From the IMG/VR virus record IMGVR_UViG_3300026457_000013, positions 18,253 through 82,252 of that record: a stretch of 64,000 bases of DNA; one strand, 5' to 3'. The stretch is from a virus. Below, piece by piece: positions 1 to 7,916 of this stretch. Every line of letters starts with the position of its first letter. Within the stretch, counting starts at the first letter, position 1. Below the pieces are notes generated by a model, which worked only from the letters and a program-made list of their open reading frames with translations, had not been told where the DNA came from and searched no databases. The position numbers and the translations under genes are program-made.

Positions 1-28
1 GGATGATCTGTGAGTATGATGGTATCGA

Positions 29-280
29 GTGGATAGCAGAAACGCACAGGACTTGGCGATGACACCTAACATAGTCAAGCAAGTATTAGAATTATATAGC
101 CAAGATATTGCTAAGGTTACTAAACTAACCAACAGTGATATTTTGGCTACAAGTGTTTTTAAGCTGCGAGATTATGAACTTGCCACGCTACTTCAAATGA
201 TATATAATAAAGGTATGACTGACACCTTAGACAGTTTAGAAAGTGACGTAGAAGATATAGGTAGAAGTCAGTACGATTAA
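29..280 (+). CDS. hypothetical phage protein
   Basis: 83 aa ORF, co-oriented with neighbours; true start may differ. Confidence 0.55.
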   Translation: MDSRNAQDLAMTPNIVKQVLELYSQDIAKVTKLTNSDILATSVFKLRDYELATLLQMIYNKGMTDTLDSLESDVEDIGRSQYD

Positions 281-291
281 AGGAGAATAAC

Positions 292-855
292 ATGGCCAAT
301 TGTTGGCTTATCAGTGACATGCATTTTGGTCATGCTAATATTATAAAATTTACCAGGCACGACGGCACTTGGCTGCGTCCCTTTAGTAGTGTTGAAGAGA
401 TGGACGAATACATGATCGACAACTGGAACAGTGTTGTCAATAGTAAAGACCGTGTATACATGCTAGGTGATGTAGTTATCAATCGTAAAAACCTACATGT
501 GTTGGGCAGACTTAGCGGACGTAAGGTGTTGATCAAAGGCAATCACGATATTTTTCCTGCTGAAGAATACCTCAATTACGTAGATGATGTTCGTGGTTAT
601 CATGTACTTGACGGTATGCTGTTGAGTCATATACCAGTACATCCAGATAGCCTACAGCGATTTGGCTGTAATATTCACGGACACCTACACTATCGTGAGG
701 TTGTACTAGCAGGTGATAAAGTTGACCCTAGATATTTTAACGTAAGTGTAGAACGTGTTGACTATACTCCAATCAGCTTTGAAGAATGTAAGCGTATAAT
801 TAAATTTCGTGGTGGTCATGTAGGCTTCCACGAACACGGTGAAAGGGCAATGTAG
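292..855 (+). CDS. calcineurin-like metallophosphoesterase
   Basis: SDMHFGH, LGDV, KGNHD, SHIP and IHGHLH motifs; AAGGAG RBS. Confidence 0.9.
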   Translation: MANCWLISDMHFGHANIIKFTRHDGTWLRPFSSVEEMDEYMIDNWNSVVNSKDRVYMLGDVVINRKNLHVLGRLSGRKVLIKGNHDIFPAEEYLNYVDDVRGYHVLDGMLLSHIPVHPDSLQRFGCNIHGHLHYREVVLAGDKVDPRYFNVSVERVDYTPISFEECKRIIKFRGGHVGFHEHGERAM

Positions 856-1124
856 TGGCATATTATATCAGAGACGGTGAATTAGTACCTGTAGCTATTC
901 CATTAAATCAACGTGTTAAGATTGGCAAGTACTACGAACCACCACAACTAAGCTATCTTAGCAATGACCAGCTGTGGATACAAGATGTTTATGTGTTCAA
1001 GCAAATTCCCTGGTATATGATTAAAAATCGCTATGAACGTTACCTACTATACGCTACCTTATACGGTGCTATAGTAGTAATGCTAACCATGATTGGCCGA
1101 TATTGGCTAGGAGCACCCAATTGA
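855..1124 (+). CDS. hypothetical membrane protein
   Basis: Stop/start overlap with upstream gene; C-terminal hydrophobic helix. Confidence 0.65.
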   Translation: MAYYIRDGELVPVAIPLNQRVKIGKYYEPPQLSYLSNDQLWIQDVYVFKQIPWYMIKNRYERYLLYATLYGAIVVMLTMIGRYWLGAPN

Positions 1125-1321
1125 ACAAACAATTAGTAGAAACTTATCGTCGCCGGAGTTTTGCTAGGTTTATGAAGAATGAAACCAACTATGAACTCCT
1201 AGTGCAACTTGTAGTTGAAGATTGCCTGGCAATTATAGAAGCTAATAAGTCACCTAATAAAGTGGCAATGACCAATAAGATTAAACAACACTTTGGAATC
1301 AGTCATGGAACAGAAGTATGA
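1103..1321 (+). CDS. hypothetical protein
   Basis: In-operon ORF; likely TTG start near 1121 after AGGAG. Confidence 0.55.
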   Translation: MARSTQLNKQLVETYRRRSFARFMKNETNYELLVQLVVEDCLAIIEANKSPNKVAMTNKIKQHFGISHGTEV

Positions 1322-1469
1322 AACTATCGAGGTTGAGTTAACTGACGAAGAATTTTTACAAATAGCAAAACTTGCACACGATCTAGACGTTACCTTTAAC
1401 AAAATGGTAGAGCGTATTCTGTGGGATGAAATTAATAAACAAGGCGATCTTTTTAGTGGAGATGCGTAG
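1305..1469 (+). CDS. small protein, possibly ribbon-helix-helix-like (54 aa, MEQKYETIEVELTDEEFLQIAKLAHDLDVTFNKMVERIL...)
   Basis: Read directly from sequence (below ORF-track cutoff); fills the gap between 1321 and 1469. Confidence 0.6.
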   Translation: MEQKYETIEVELTDEEFLQIAKLAHDLDVTFNKMVERILWDEINKQGDLFSGDA

Positions 1470-1777
1470 TGGATCAAGAGATTATTGACGCAATTAACAG
1501 TGCTCTTAAACCAAATCAACAACCACAAACACCCACAAAATTGTCGCCAAGATTTAAGGCACTGGCTAGGGAATGTGGCTTTGTATTTTGGAATAGTGAA
1601 CCACACGGCCCTGGGCCTGGACATATTGACTGGAGCTGTGATTATACTAGTGAGTTTGAACACTATAGCCGTGAACTTGTAATCTGGACTTGTGAACTAA
1701 TGCGGCAGGAGATTGTACGCGACTACTTGTTTAGATCAAGTGAAAATACATATAAGCACCTAGTAGTTCAAGATTAA
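1469..1777 (+). CDS. hypothetical protein
   Basis: GTG start overlapping upstream stop; GGAG RBS. Confidence 0.6.
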   Translation: MDQEIIDAINSALKPNQQPQTPTKLSPRFKALARECGFVFWNSEPHGPGPGHIDWSCDYTSEFEHYSRELVIWTCELMRQEIVRDYLFRSSENTYKHLVVQD

Positions 1778-1787
1778 AAATTTTATC

Positions 1788-1817
1788 TTGAACTTGTAGC
1801 CCAAACCTTGCTATAAT
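1788..1817 (+). promoter_or_regulatory. sigma70 promoter TTGAAC-18-TATAAT (extended -10)
   Basis: Consensus match with AT-rich UP element. Confidence 0.8.
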
Positions 1818-2180
1818 ATTATTATAGTCAGTGAGGAAAGTAAAGCCTGACAAGGCCCACAGCTTTAAATGACATTTTGCCACGCTTAGTAAATATTTTA
1901 TCTTATACAAAATGTGCATTGTAGCGACCACTGACTGTACTTGGCAGTATCCTAATGGCTAATAATCTACAGGAGAAATCAACGATAAAAAATCTTAGTT
2001 GCTTCCAACAACTAAGCGCGATATAGCCAGCGTTAGGGGCTTTAGGTTAGTTGCCAAACCTCCCACTGGGCAGACATCCAGGTTTAGGGTAAAACGGTAA
2101 CGGAGTCTACCTTACTCCGACTAAGGTATGGACAGAGTAACAGCTCAAGCTAGGGCCATGTGGAAGTGGTGGCTAGCCAA

Positions 2181-2279
2181 ATCCTCTGATGATTCATTGC
2201 GATATGATGAAACCCTAAACCCACAAGGTTGACGCTGTGGCCTTCAATTGCCGCACCTGCCGCGGTTTAGGGTAAGGAT
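2181..2279 (+). ncRNA. type I hammerhead ribozyme (predicted cleavage after A2274, GUA)
   Basis: Stem I ATCCT/AGGAT; CTGATGA core; stem II TCAT/ATGA; GAAA; stem III CCCTAAACC/GGTTTAGGG; then TA. Confidence 0.7.
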
Positions 2280-2458
2280 AATAAGGCCCGATAAGCTTGC
2301 TGTCACATTCCCTAGTGGCTAGCGGCCAATGTCGAGGCGGGTGAGAGTCCCGTCAACTAAAATATGTGAGTGATGGTGGACTACGCATAAGGTTATTTGA
2401 GACCTGCGGACTGTCGTCCAATAGTAACAAGACAATATGATCCAGTTTAGGGACTGGT

Positions 2459-2507
2459 ATCATATTCAAGCACACTGGTCGCCTCGTCAAGTGTGTTTGA
2501 ATATGAT
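2459..2507 (+). other. 18-bp hairpin, possible RNase III processing site
   Basis: ATCATATTCAAGCACACT / AGTGTGTTTGAATATGAT with one G-U pair. Confidence 0.5.
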
Positions 2508-2515
2508 TTTTCTTT

Positions 2516-2539
2516 GGCAGCCACTTGGCTGCCGTTTTT
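2516..2539 (+). terminator. intrinsic terminator
   Basis: GGCAGCC-ACTT-GGCTGCC followed by GTTTTT. Confidence 0.7.
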
Positions 2540-2552
2540 GTCTGGAGAACAA

Positions 2553-2795
2553 ATGTATACATGTAAAGTTGTTAACAGCTTAACTAGTGCCGTTGTTGAT
2601 GAGTTTGAGGTTGACTATCTTTACGAAGCTAGACTAAAGTTTAGCAGGTGGCATGCAGATGCAGACCCAACACAATACGATTGTCACGTCTACGACGAGT
2701 TTGGCGATGCCATAGACTTTACCAGCGATATTGATAGTAGTGTGTACGAGCCTAGTGAGTACGATGAGTGGATGAGTTATGACCCAGATTGTTAA
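2553..2795 (+). CDS. acidic hypothetical protein
   Basis: GGAG RBS before ATG 2553; acidic C-terminus (EYDEWMSYDPDC). Confidence 0.7.
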   Translation: MYTCKVVNSLTSAVVDEFEVDYLYEARLKFSRWHADADPTQYDCHVYDEFGDAIDFTSDIDSSVYEPSEYDEWMSYDPDC

Positions 2796-3033
2796 ACTTG
2801 CCAAAGAGCACGGTGCTACACACAAGGCAAACCTAGGTGTTTATCAGTTCTATGAATATGAATGGGTCAACTATAATAATGCCCTAGTTGAAGTAGCGCT
2901 AGAGGCATTACAAGACTTACGCGGATATTCGGGCGTTGGCGCCGACGGCAATCCACTGTGCACCCACAGTTGGAACAGTGCACTGCTTGCAGCTGAACAG
3001 CTTATCAAGGAGCGCATCCTTGGCACTGTATAA
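2779..3033 (+). CDS. hypothetical protein
   Basis: Overlapping in-operon ORF. Confidence 0.6.
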   Translation: MTQIVKLAKEHGATHKANLGVYQFYEYEWVNYNNALVEVALEALQDLRGYSGVGADGNPLCTHSWNSALLAAEQLIKERILGTV

Positions 3034-3304
3034 ACACTTATGCCCAGACTGGGACTTCCTAGAAATAGACGATGAGTGTGAGGAGTTTAATACTTGTACA
3101 TGCAAGATAGATAGTAGTGGTCAAACAGCTAAATTTACCGCTGGCACTAAAGTACTAGTACTGCCAAATCAAATGCAGGCTACTGTTATCAAACAGCACC
3201 TAAGCTATGACGGGCCTGAGAGTTTTTGGGGCAATGTACTAGTAGAGTATAACGATGGTATTCGTGGTACTTGCAATAATTGGCAACTAAAATACATAGA
3301 GTAA
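3020..3304 (+). CDS. hypothetical protein (possible SH3-like C-terminal half)
   Basis: AAGGAG RBS before TTG 3020, in frame with the 2936 ORF. Confidence 0.6.
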   Translation: MALYKHLCPDWDFLEIDDECEEFNTCTCKIDSSGQTAKFTAGTKVLVLPNQMQATVIKQHLSYDGPESFWGNVLVEYNDGIRGTCNNWQLKYIE

Positions 3305-3307
3305 AAC

Positions 3308-3394
3308 ATGGATCATGACAACCACGGCTACAAGCGCACTATAATTTTTGTGTTACTGTTACTCTCACTCGTATTAGCCATGTTATTCGGCTAA
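3308..3394 (+). CDS. 28 aa membrane peptide MDHDNHGYKRTIIFVLLLLSLVLAMLFG
   Basis: Directly follows upstream gene; single hydrophobic helix. Confidence 0.45.
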   Translation: MDHDNHGYKRTIIFVLLLLSLVLAMLFG

Positions 3395-3409
3395 ACGGAA
3401 AATATTCTC

Positions 3410-3438
3410 TTGAAGTGCCGGCCTAACCAGTGTATAAT
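3410..3438 (+). promoter_or_regulatory. sigma70 promoter TTGAAG-17-TATAAT
   Basis: Shares AAATATT..CTTGA and TATAATATT flanks with the promoters at 3674 and 4129. Confidence 0.8.
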
Positions 3439-3462
3439 ATTTATATAATGTGAGGAGCGACA

Positions 3463-3663
3463 ATGACTATTGAAGTGTATACACGTAAGGCTAAATTTGC
3501 CGAACTTAGTGCATATTGCCTTCACGCTAGTGATGGTGATTTTATGGAGGTATGTGAGTGGAGTAATGGTGAAGGGTTTGATGTTACCATCAACAACCGT
3601 ACCCTGCAGTTCACATATGGCCAGTGGGACTGTTTACGAGTTTTGGTAAATTATAAAGACTAG
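3463..3663 (+). CDS. hypothetical protein
   Basis: GAGGAG RBS; own promoter. Confidence 0.75.
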   Translation: MTIEVYTRKAKFAELSAYCLHASDGDFMEVCEWSNGEGFDVTINNRTLQFTYGQWDCLRVLVNYKD

Positions 3664-3673
3664 AAATATTCAC

Positions 3674-3702
3674 TTGATTTGTTGGTCAGAAGTCTGTATA
3701 AT
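3674..3702 (+). promoter_or_regulatory. sigma70 promoter TTGATT-17-TATAAT
   Basis: Consensus match. Confidence 0.75.
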
Positions 3703-3824
3703 ATTATTTATCGGTTAGAGAACAATCGCCAGAGAGTACAACCAACTAATATTCGGGCTAAGCTATGACTTAGCAGCGGTACTCCCTCTAACCCTAGACA
3801 AATAGCAAATTACAAGGAGCACCT

Positions 3825-4118
3825 ATGCGATTCAAGTATACTGCAAAGAAGCCTAGCCGAGATCAGCTTGCTGGCATGAGTGCTAGCCAATTTAAGACCA
3901 TGTTAAAGCGTAAGGGTTTTAAGGTTGATCGTGACTTCTTTAAGATAGGTGCAATGGCTAAGCGTGGTAACAGACTGTATCGCTTTCGTTACTGGGCATA
4001 CCCTGATTTCTTTGTAGACATTAGCTGCCCTCTCGATGAATTTGATCGTTGGGCTAATAGTGTGGACAGTACCATTAACTTCTACAACTTCATCGAAACA
4101 CAAACACTAAAGCAGTAA
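3825..4118 (+). CDS. basic hypothetical protein
   Basis: AAGGAG RBS. Confidence 0.75.
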   Translation: MRFKYTAKKPSRDQLAGMSASQFKTMLKRKGFKVDRDFFKIGAMAKRGNRLYRFRYWAYPDFFVDISCPLDEFDRWANSVDSTINFYNFIETQTLKQ

Positions 4119-4128
4119 AAATATTCAC

Positions 4129-4157
4129 TTGAAGTTTATGTTCCCACAGTGTATAAT
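4129..4157 (+). promoter_or_regulatory. sigma70 promoter TTGAAG-17-TATAAT
   Basis: Consensus match. Confidence 0.8.
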
Positions 4158-4951
4158 ATTATTATTGAGTGACAAGTTTAGGGCGAACCAGGGCCAACAT
4201 TAATCTGTTGGATAAGTTCTTAATCTGTGTTGAAAACACCCTTAACACAGACCCCACGAATGGCAGATGGTCGTTGTTAAATGTGGATACTAAAAATATC
4301 CGCTCCTGAAAGGTGCAAATCCTAAAAGTATAGTCGGGCGAGAAGGCCGGGCAATCCAAGGAGATCAACCAAGGGCTATATGCAGAGTGCCAGGTAAAAA
4401 CAACATTGACCAACCAACCTATTTGTATAATCACCGGCTTGATCCCATGCAACTGGTGGTTATACAAATGTGTTGAAATCTGTGGCCAACGTGCTTGCGT
4501 AGCTAACCTGCTGCGGAACGGACGCACATGGTGGAAGCTGCAACCACCCTAAAGGAACCAGCCCCCTAGTTTGTCAATAGTTATAGGGGTTAACCAAAAG
4601 ACCTGTTACCGTAGCATATACGTAGTTATGCGTTATCTAACACGAGAGTTAGAAACCAGTGGAGCCGATTCTGCGAAAGCATGGCGGCCACCCACTACAT
4701 GCCAGTAGCTCAAACGTGCTCAGAGCAAAGGTGTGCTAGAAATAAGCCCTCTAGCCTGGCCAACAATTCAAACACAGTGCAGAGTGAACATTAGCCTATA
4801 GCTAGCTGCCAGCAACTAAAAACAGTGCGTTGCTAAGGTTTGAAACCGATCCAGTTTAGGGTCGGGGTTTAGCAGTAACCTAAAACTGCTTGTGCCCTAA
4901 GGGGCCAATGCGCCAACAATAAATGGCAAGGCTATAACCACAGTGCCTGGT

Positions 4952-5021
4952 TAGTCGCGTTCTTATAATTGTTAATAGCCCTCAACGCAGGGTAATCTAG
5001 GTGCAAATCCTAGACGCGCTA
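4952..5021 (+). tRNA. degenerate tRNA-like cloverleaf with non-canonical anticodon loop
   Basis: Acceptor CGCGT/ACGCG; D stem TTAT/ATAG; CCCT/AGGG arm with 6-nt loop; T arm CTAGG-TGCAAAT-CCTAG; no CCA. Confidence 0.45.
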
Positions 5022-5202
5022 GTTGCCCATCTTGGCTGGAACCCAAGACCTAAAGCAACTAAGAACAGCAAATGTTCGTGGCATCAACTACACCGACTTA
5101 CGACGACTCGCAATCGTCTAGAGTGTAGACAAAGATGAATGGTGGTCGTAGTAGCACTACATAAAAGTAATCCACCCCATTAAACCAAAAACAGCGCAGT
5201 TC

Positions 5203-5231
5203 AAAAGCCCGCCTTGTGCGGGCTTTTGTTT
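5203..5231 (+). terminator. intrinsic terminator
   Basis: AAAAGCCCGC-CTTGT-GCGGGCTTTT. Confidence 0.85.
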
Positions 5232-5250
5232 ATCTAAAAGGCTATAAAAC

Positions 5251-5463
5251 ATGTCTCAAGAATTAACCAACCAGCAACTAAAAGACCTTAACGACGATGT
5301 CCAAGAATTCATCGACAAGCTAAGGATACACTACAACGACGATACCCTAGCCATTGCAGCAGCACTAACGCAGTGGGGGCTAAGGCTTTACAAGAGTGAG
5401 CTGAGCACACCAGAATTCTACCAACTATTAGTCTACACAATTGAAACTAACCGCTTCCTCTGA
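5251..5463 (+). CDS. hypothetical protein
   Basis: 70 aa ORF with weak AAGG RBS. Confidence 0.6.
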   Translation: MSQELTNQQLKDLNDDVQEFIDKLRIHYNDDTLAIAAALTQWGLRLYKSELSTPEFYQLLVYTIETNRFL

Positions 5464-5498
5464 CCCTAAACCTCAACAACCCTCACTAAAAAATTCAC

Positions 5499-5528
5499 TT
5501 GTTTTTGCTTATGCAAATGTGATATAAT
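5499..5528 (+). promoter_or_regulatory. extended -10 promoter TTGTTT-18-TATAAT
   Basis: TGnTATAAT with AATTCACTTG flank like the other early promoters. Confidence 0.65.
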
Positions 5529-5787
5529 TTATTATAAATTGAAAAAATTTAGAATTAGCAGCTGTACAGTGCAACTAGTACAAAACTCTGGGGGGTGTCC
5601 TGGCAAGGGGGGATCCAGGGGGCTTTGTGCTAGGTAGCTCGCAACCGGTACAAGGCTAGCTAATTCTAGAGATTTAGGGTCAAATCTCGAACCTTAAAAA
5701 GAGCAAATATAAAAATTAAAGCAAATTTTCCCACCCCCCAAAAGTGCTCCAGCCCTAGCAAAACCACAACTAACCAAACAAGCTAAA

Positions 5788-6537
5788 ATGTATATTAGAC
5801 AGCAAGATATAAAAACCTTAGAACTGGATCACCTAGCCAATCAAGCTACTGAATCAATTGAAACCTGGGTAAAAGACAACAATCTTTGCAACCATGCTAG
5901 CTGGCTACTACCACAGCTGGTAAATTGGTTTGGCAGCTGGCAACTCTACAATGACGGTAAAACTACTGTAGCCAAAAATTGCACCAATAATTGGGCTCGT
6001 GCCATTTATAGGATTAGTCGTGTAAAGCGTAGCTTGCTCATTAGAACACAAACTAAACTGCCACAGTATGGGCAGCTAACTCCACTCCTTATGTTAGGAT
6101 TTAAGCGCTATCAAGGTTATAGCTATGAACAATTTCGTGAAATCGAGGGCTTAGAGTGGTTGCTGGAACCTGATTTATATGAATCACTAGTAAATATAGA
6201 GCCTATAGACCTTAGCCAAAACAGACTACTAGCTATACGCACTCAAGGGTTAATTACAAAAAGCGGATCAAAAACTGGTGAGCTTAAAAATCCAGAGAGT
6301 ACTTGGTCACTAACAGGTATCAAGGACACTGAATTAGGCAACTACCCTAAACTTGTGCAAACTATGGTTTGTCAAATTTGGCTAGCACATCCCAAGCATC
6401 GTAACAGTGACATGATCTTAGACCCTAATAATTGGGATGCAATGCCTAAACCATTAATAGATGATACAAGCGGCATTGTTAGTGTATCCAAGGAATCGAC
6501 CAAGGTGCTAACACGCGAGATATTGCCATGGGACTAA
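5788..6537 (+). CDS. hypothetical protein (249 aa)
   Basis: Long ORF with genome-typical codon use; no family recognised. Confidence 0.75.
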   Translation: MYIRQQDIKTLELDHLANQATESIETWVKDNNLCNHASWLLPQLVNWFGSWQLYNDGKTTVAKNCTNNWARAIYRISRVKRSLLIRTQTKLPQYGQLTPLLMLGFKRYQGYSYEQFREIEGLEWLLEPDLYESLVNIEPIDLSQNRLLAIRTQGLITKSGSKTGELKNPESTWSLTGIKDTELGNYPKLVQTMVCQIWLAHPKHRNSDMILDPNNWDAMPKPLIDDTSGIVSVSKESTKVLTREILPWD

Positions 6538-6597
6538 TTATAGTTGATAGTTTAGTTACTAACAATTTTAATAATATAACGATTTAGGGTCAAAATT

Positions 6598-6909
6598 ATG
6601 AAATACAACAAGGAACTAACTGACAAGATTGTGGAGCAGTATAAAAGTGGTCAAACCGCTAAACAAATAGCAGAAGGTCTTGGCGTCGCTGACCGTAGCA
6701 TAATTGCCAAGCTGAGCAGTTTGGGTGTCTACCAAAAAAAGACGTATGTCAACAAACGTGGTGAGGTGCCCATCAAGAAGTACGAGATGATCGAACGATT
6801 GGCCGAATTGTTGGAGGTGCCAAGCGATCAGCTGGAGAGTTTGGAAAAAGTCAACAAAAACGTACTTAAATTGCTTGAAAACCGCTTATCTGACCCTAAA
6901 CCGCAATAA
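6598..6909 (+). CDS. T5 A2-like DNA-binding protein (paralog 1)
   Basis: HTH followed by RSIIAKLSSLGVYQKK and ESLEK, resembling T5 A2 from memory. Confidence 0.7.
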   Translation: MKYNKELTDKIVEQYKSGQTAKQIAEGLGVADRSIIAKLSSLGVYQKKTYVNKRGEVPIKKYEMIERLAELLEVPSDQLESLEKVNKNVLKLLENRLSDPKPQ

Positions 6910-6940
6910 TCGTCGATAATCCAGCTAAATTCTAGCCAAT

Positions 6941-6967
6941 AAGCCCTGCCTTGTGCAGGGCTTTTTT
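6941..6967 (+). terminator. intrinsic terminator
   Basis: AAGCCCTGC-CTTGT-GCAGGGCTTTTTT. Confidence 0.85.
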
Positions 6968-7015
6968 ATTGTGTGACATAGTGGGTTTCTGCGGTTTAGG
7001 GTCAGAATTATTTAC

Positions 7016-7045
7016 TTGACTTGGGTCAGGGATTTGCACTATAAT
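7016..7045 (+). promoter_or_regulatory. promoter TTGACT-18-TATAAT with no downstream gene, followed by TTGGCGC
   Basis: Degenerate member of the repeated module. Confidence 0.6.
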
Positions 7046-7246
7046 GTTGGCGCAGACCCCCAAGATTTTGCACTTGTGGAGTTTTGGCACTGGCGCAAGC
7101 TCAAAGTTTAGCACTTGAGTTTTTGCACTGGCGCAGCACCACTGGTGGTGTGCTAAGTTCTAGAACGTATAATGTTATGGACCCTAAACCGTTATGGTTT
7201 ATATAATTTAGCATGGTTACAGAAATTGGTACGTTATAGAAACTAA

Positions 7247-7328
7247 CCGACCAGCGGCGGCTTAGGGTCGACAAACGGTGGCATTTTCGCTTGACACCCA
7301 CGCAAATTTTATGGTAAAATTTGGCGCC
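7247..7328 (+). promoter_or_regulatory. repeated module 1: box pair + TTGACA-18-TAAAAT + TTGGCGCC
   Basis: CCGACCAGCGG-N10-TCGACAAACGG-N12-TTGACA. Confidence 0.8.
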
Positions 7329-7370
7329 ATATCGTTATAAATTATATAAATCATAACCTGGCCAATCGAC

Positions 7371-7475
7371 CCGACCAGTGGCAGTTAGCGGCTGATGAAC
7401 GGCAGGAAAAACGCTTGACACCCGCGCAATTATACTAGTATAATTGGCGCCACCGCTATAAAAAATATAGCGGTG
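7371..7475 (+). promoter_or_regulatory. repeated module 2: box pair + TTGACA-18-TATAAT + TTGGCGCC + hairpin
   Basis: CCGACCAGTGG-N10-CTGATGAACGG-N12-TTGACA; CACCGCTATA/TATAGCGGTG hairpin. Confidence 0.85.
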
Positions 7476-7508
7476 CAAATTCTATATTTTATAACCGTTA
7501 TGTGAAAA

Positions 7509-7540
7509 ATAACGGCCCGCTCGGGGCCGTTATGGTTTTT
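7509..7540. terminator. bidirectional terminator
   Basis: ATAACGGCCC-GCTCG-GGGCCGTTAT flanked by A and T runs. Confidence 0.7.
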
Positions 7541-7546
7541 AGAATC

Positions 7547-7861
7547 CTAGTCTACCAAATCCATTTCCAGCATGTTATCAATTATATAACCTGGAAGCTT
7601 GGTAGTTTCGCAATTCATATAACGCTCTAGGGCTAAGAACTCGCCAATCTTGCGATCAAACTTGTCATTATCAGCGCACCAAGCAAAGCTAACGTCATAA
7701 AATTTAGCATGACGCGCATTGTGCGCACAAGGCATGGCCACAAGAGCGAATCCGTTTTCATCACCCATAGGTGCGCGAGTGTGGACAATTCCGCCAGATT
7801 CTAGAACGTAGGCAAGCAAGTCCTTACGAATGATTTTTTGGTTTTTGGTCATTTTTTCCAT
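7547..7861 (-). CDS. hypothetical pre-early protein
   Basis: AAGGA RBS; 104 aa. Confidence 0.75.
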   Translation of the reverse strand: MEKMTKNQKIIRKDLLAYVLESGGIVHTRAPMGDENGFALVAMPCAHNARHAKFYDVSFAWCADNDKFDRKIGEFLALERYMNCETTKLPGYIIDNMLEMDLVD

Positions 7862-7916
7862 AACAGTAGTTCCTTTTAGAGTTTAGAACGGAACGGGTTT
7901 TGGCCCGTTCCAGTTT

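Larger units (their letters stand above)
1824..2539 (+). ncRNA. ORF-free structured transcription unit 1
   Basis: Lies between the promoter at 1788 and the terminator at 2516; multiple hairpins; no credible ORF. Confidence 0.55.
4164..5231 (+). ncRNA. ORF-free structured transcription unit 2
   Basis: About 1.07 kb between promoter and terminator with no sense ORF of 60 aa or more; many hairpins and tRNA-like elements. Confidence 0.55.

Noticed and set aside
4170-4340. Pistol or twister-sister ribozyme suggested by TTAGGGC and GGTGCAAATCC
   Set aside because: Could not assemble the required stems and conserved core residues by eye
4162-4527. 121 aa minus-strand ORF, and similar ORFs at 1250-1663, 9786-10075, 11019-11297 and 14661-14912
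   Set aside because: Antisense to promoters or real genes, or spanning regulatory modules; no RBS or protein-like composition
2081-7003. TTTAGGG as a telomeric repeat
   Set aside because: Copies are dispersed, never tandem; treated as the GACCCTAAAC motif instead
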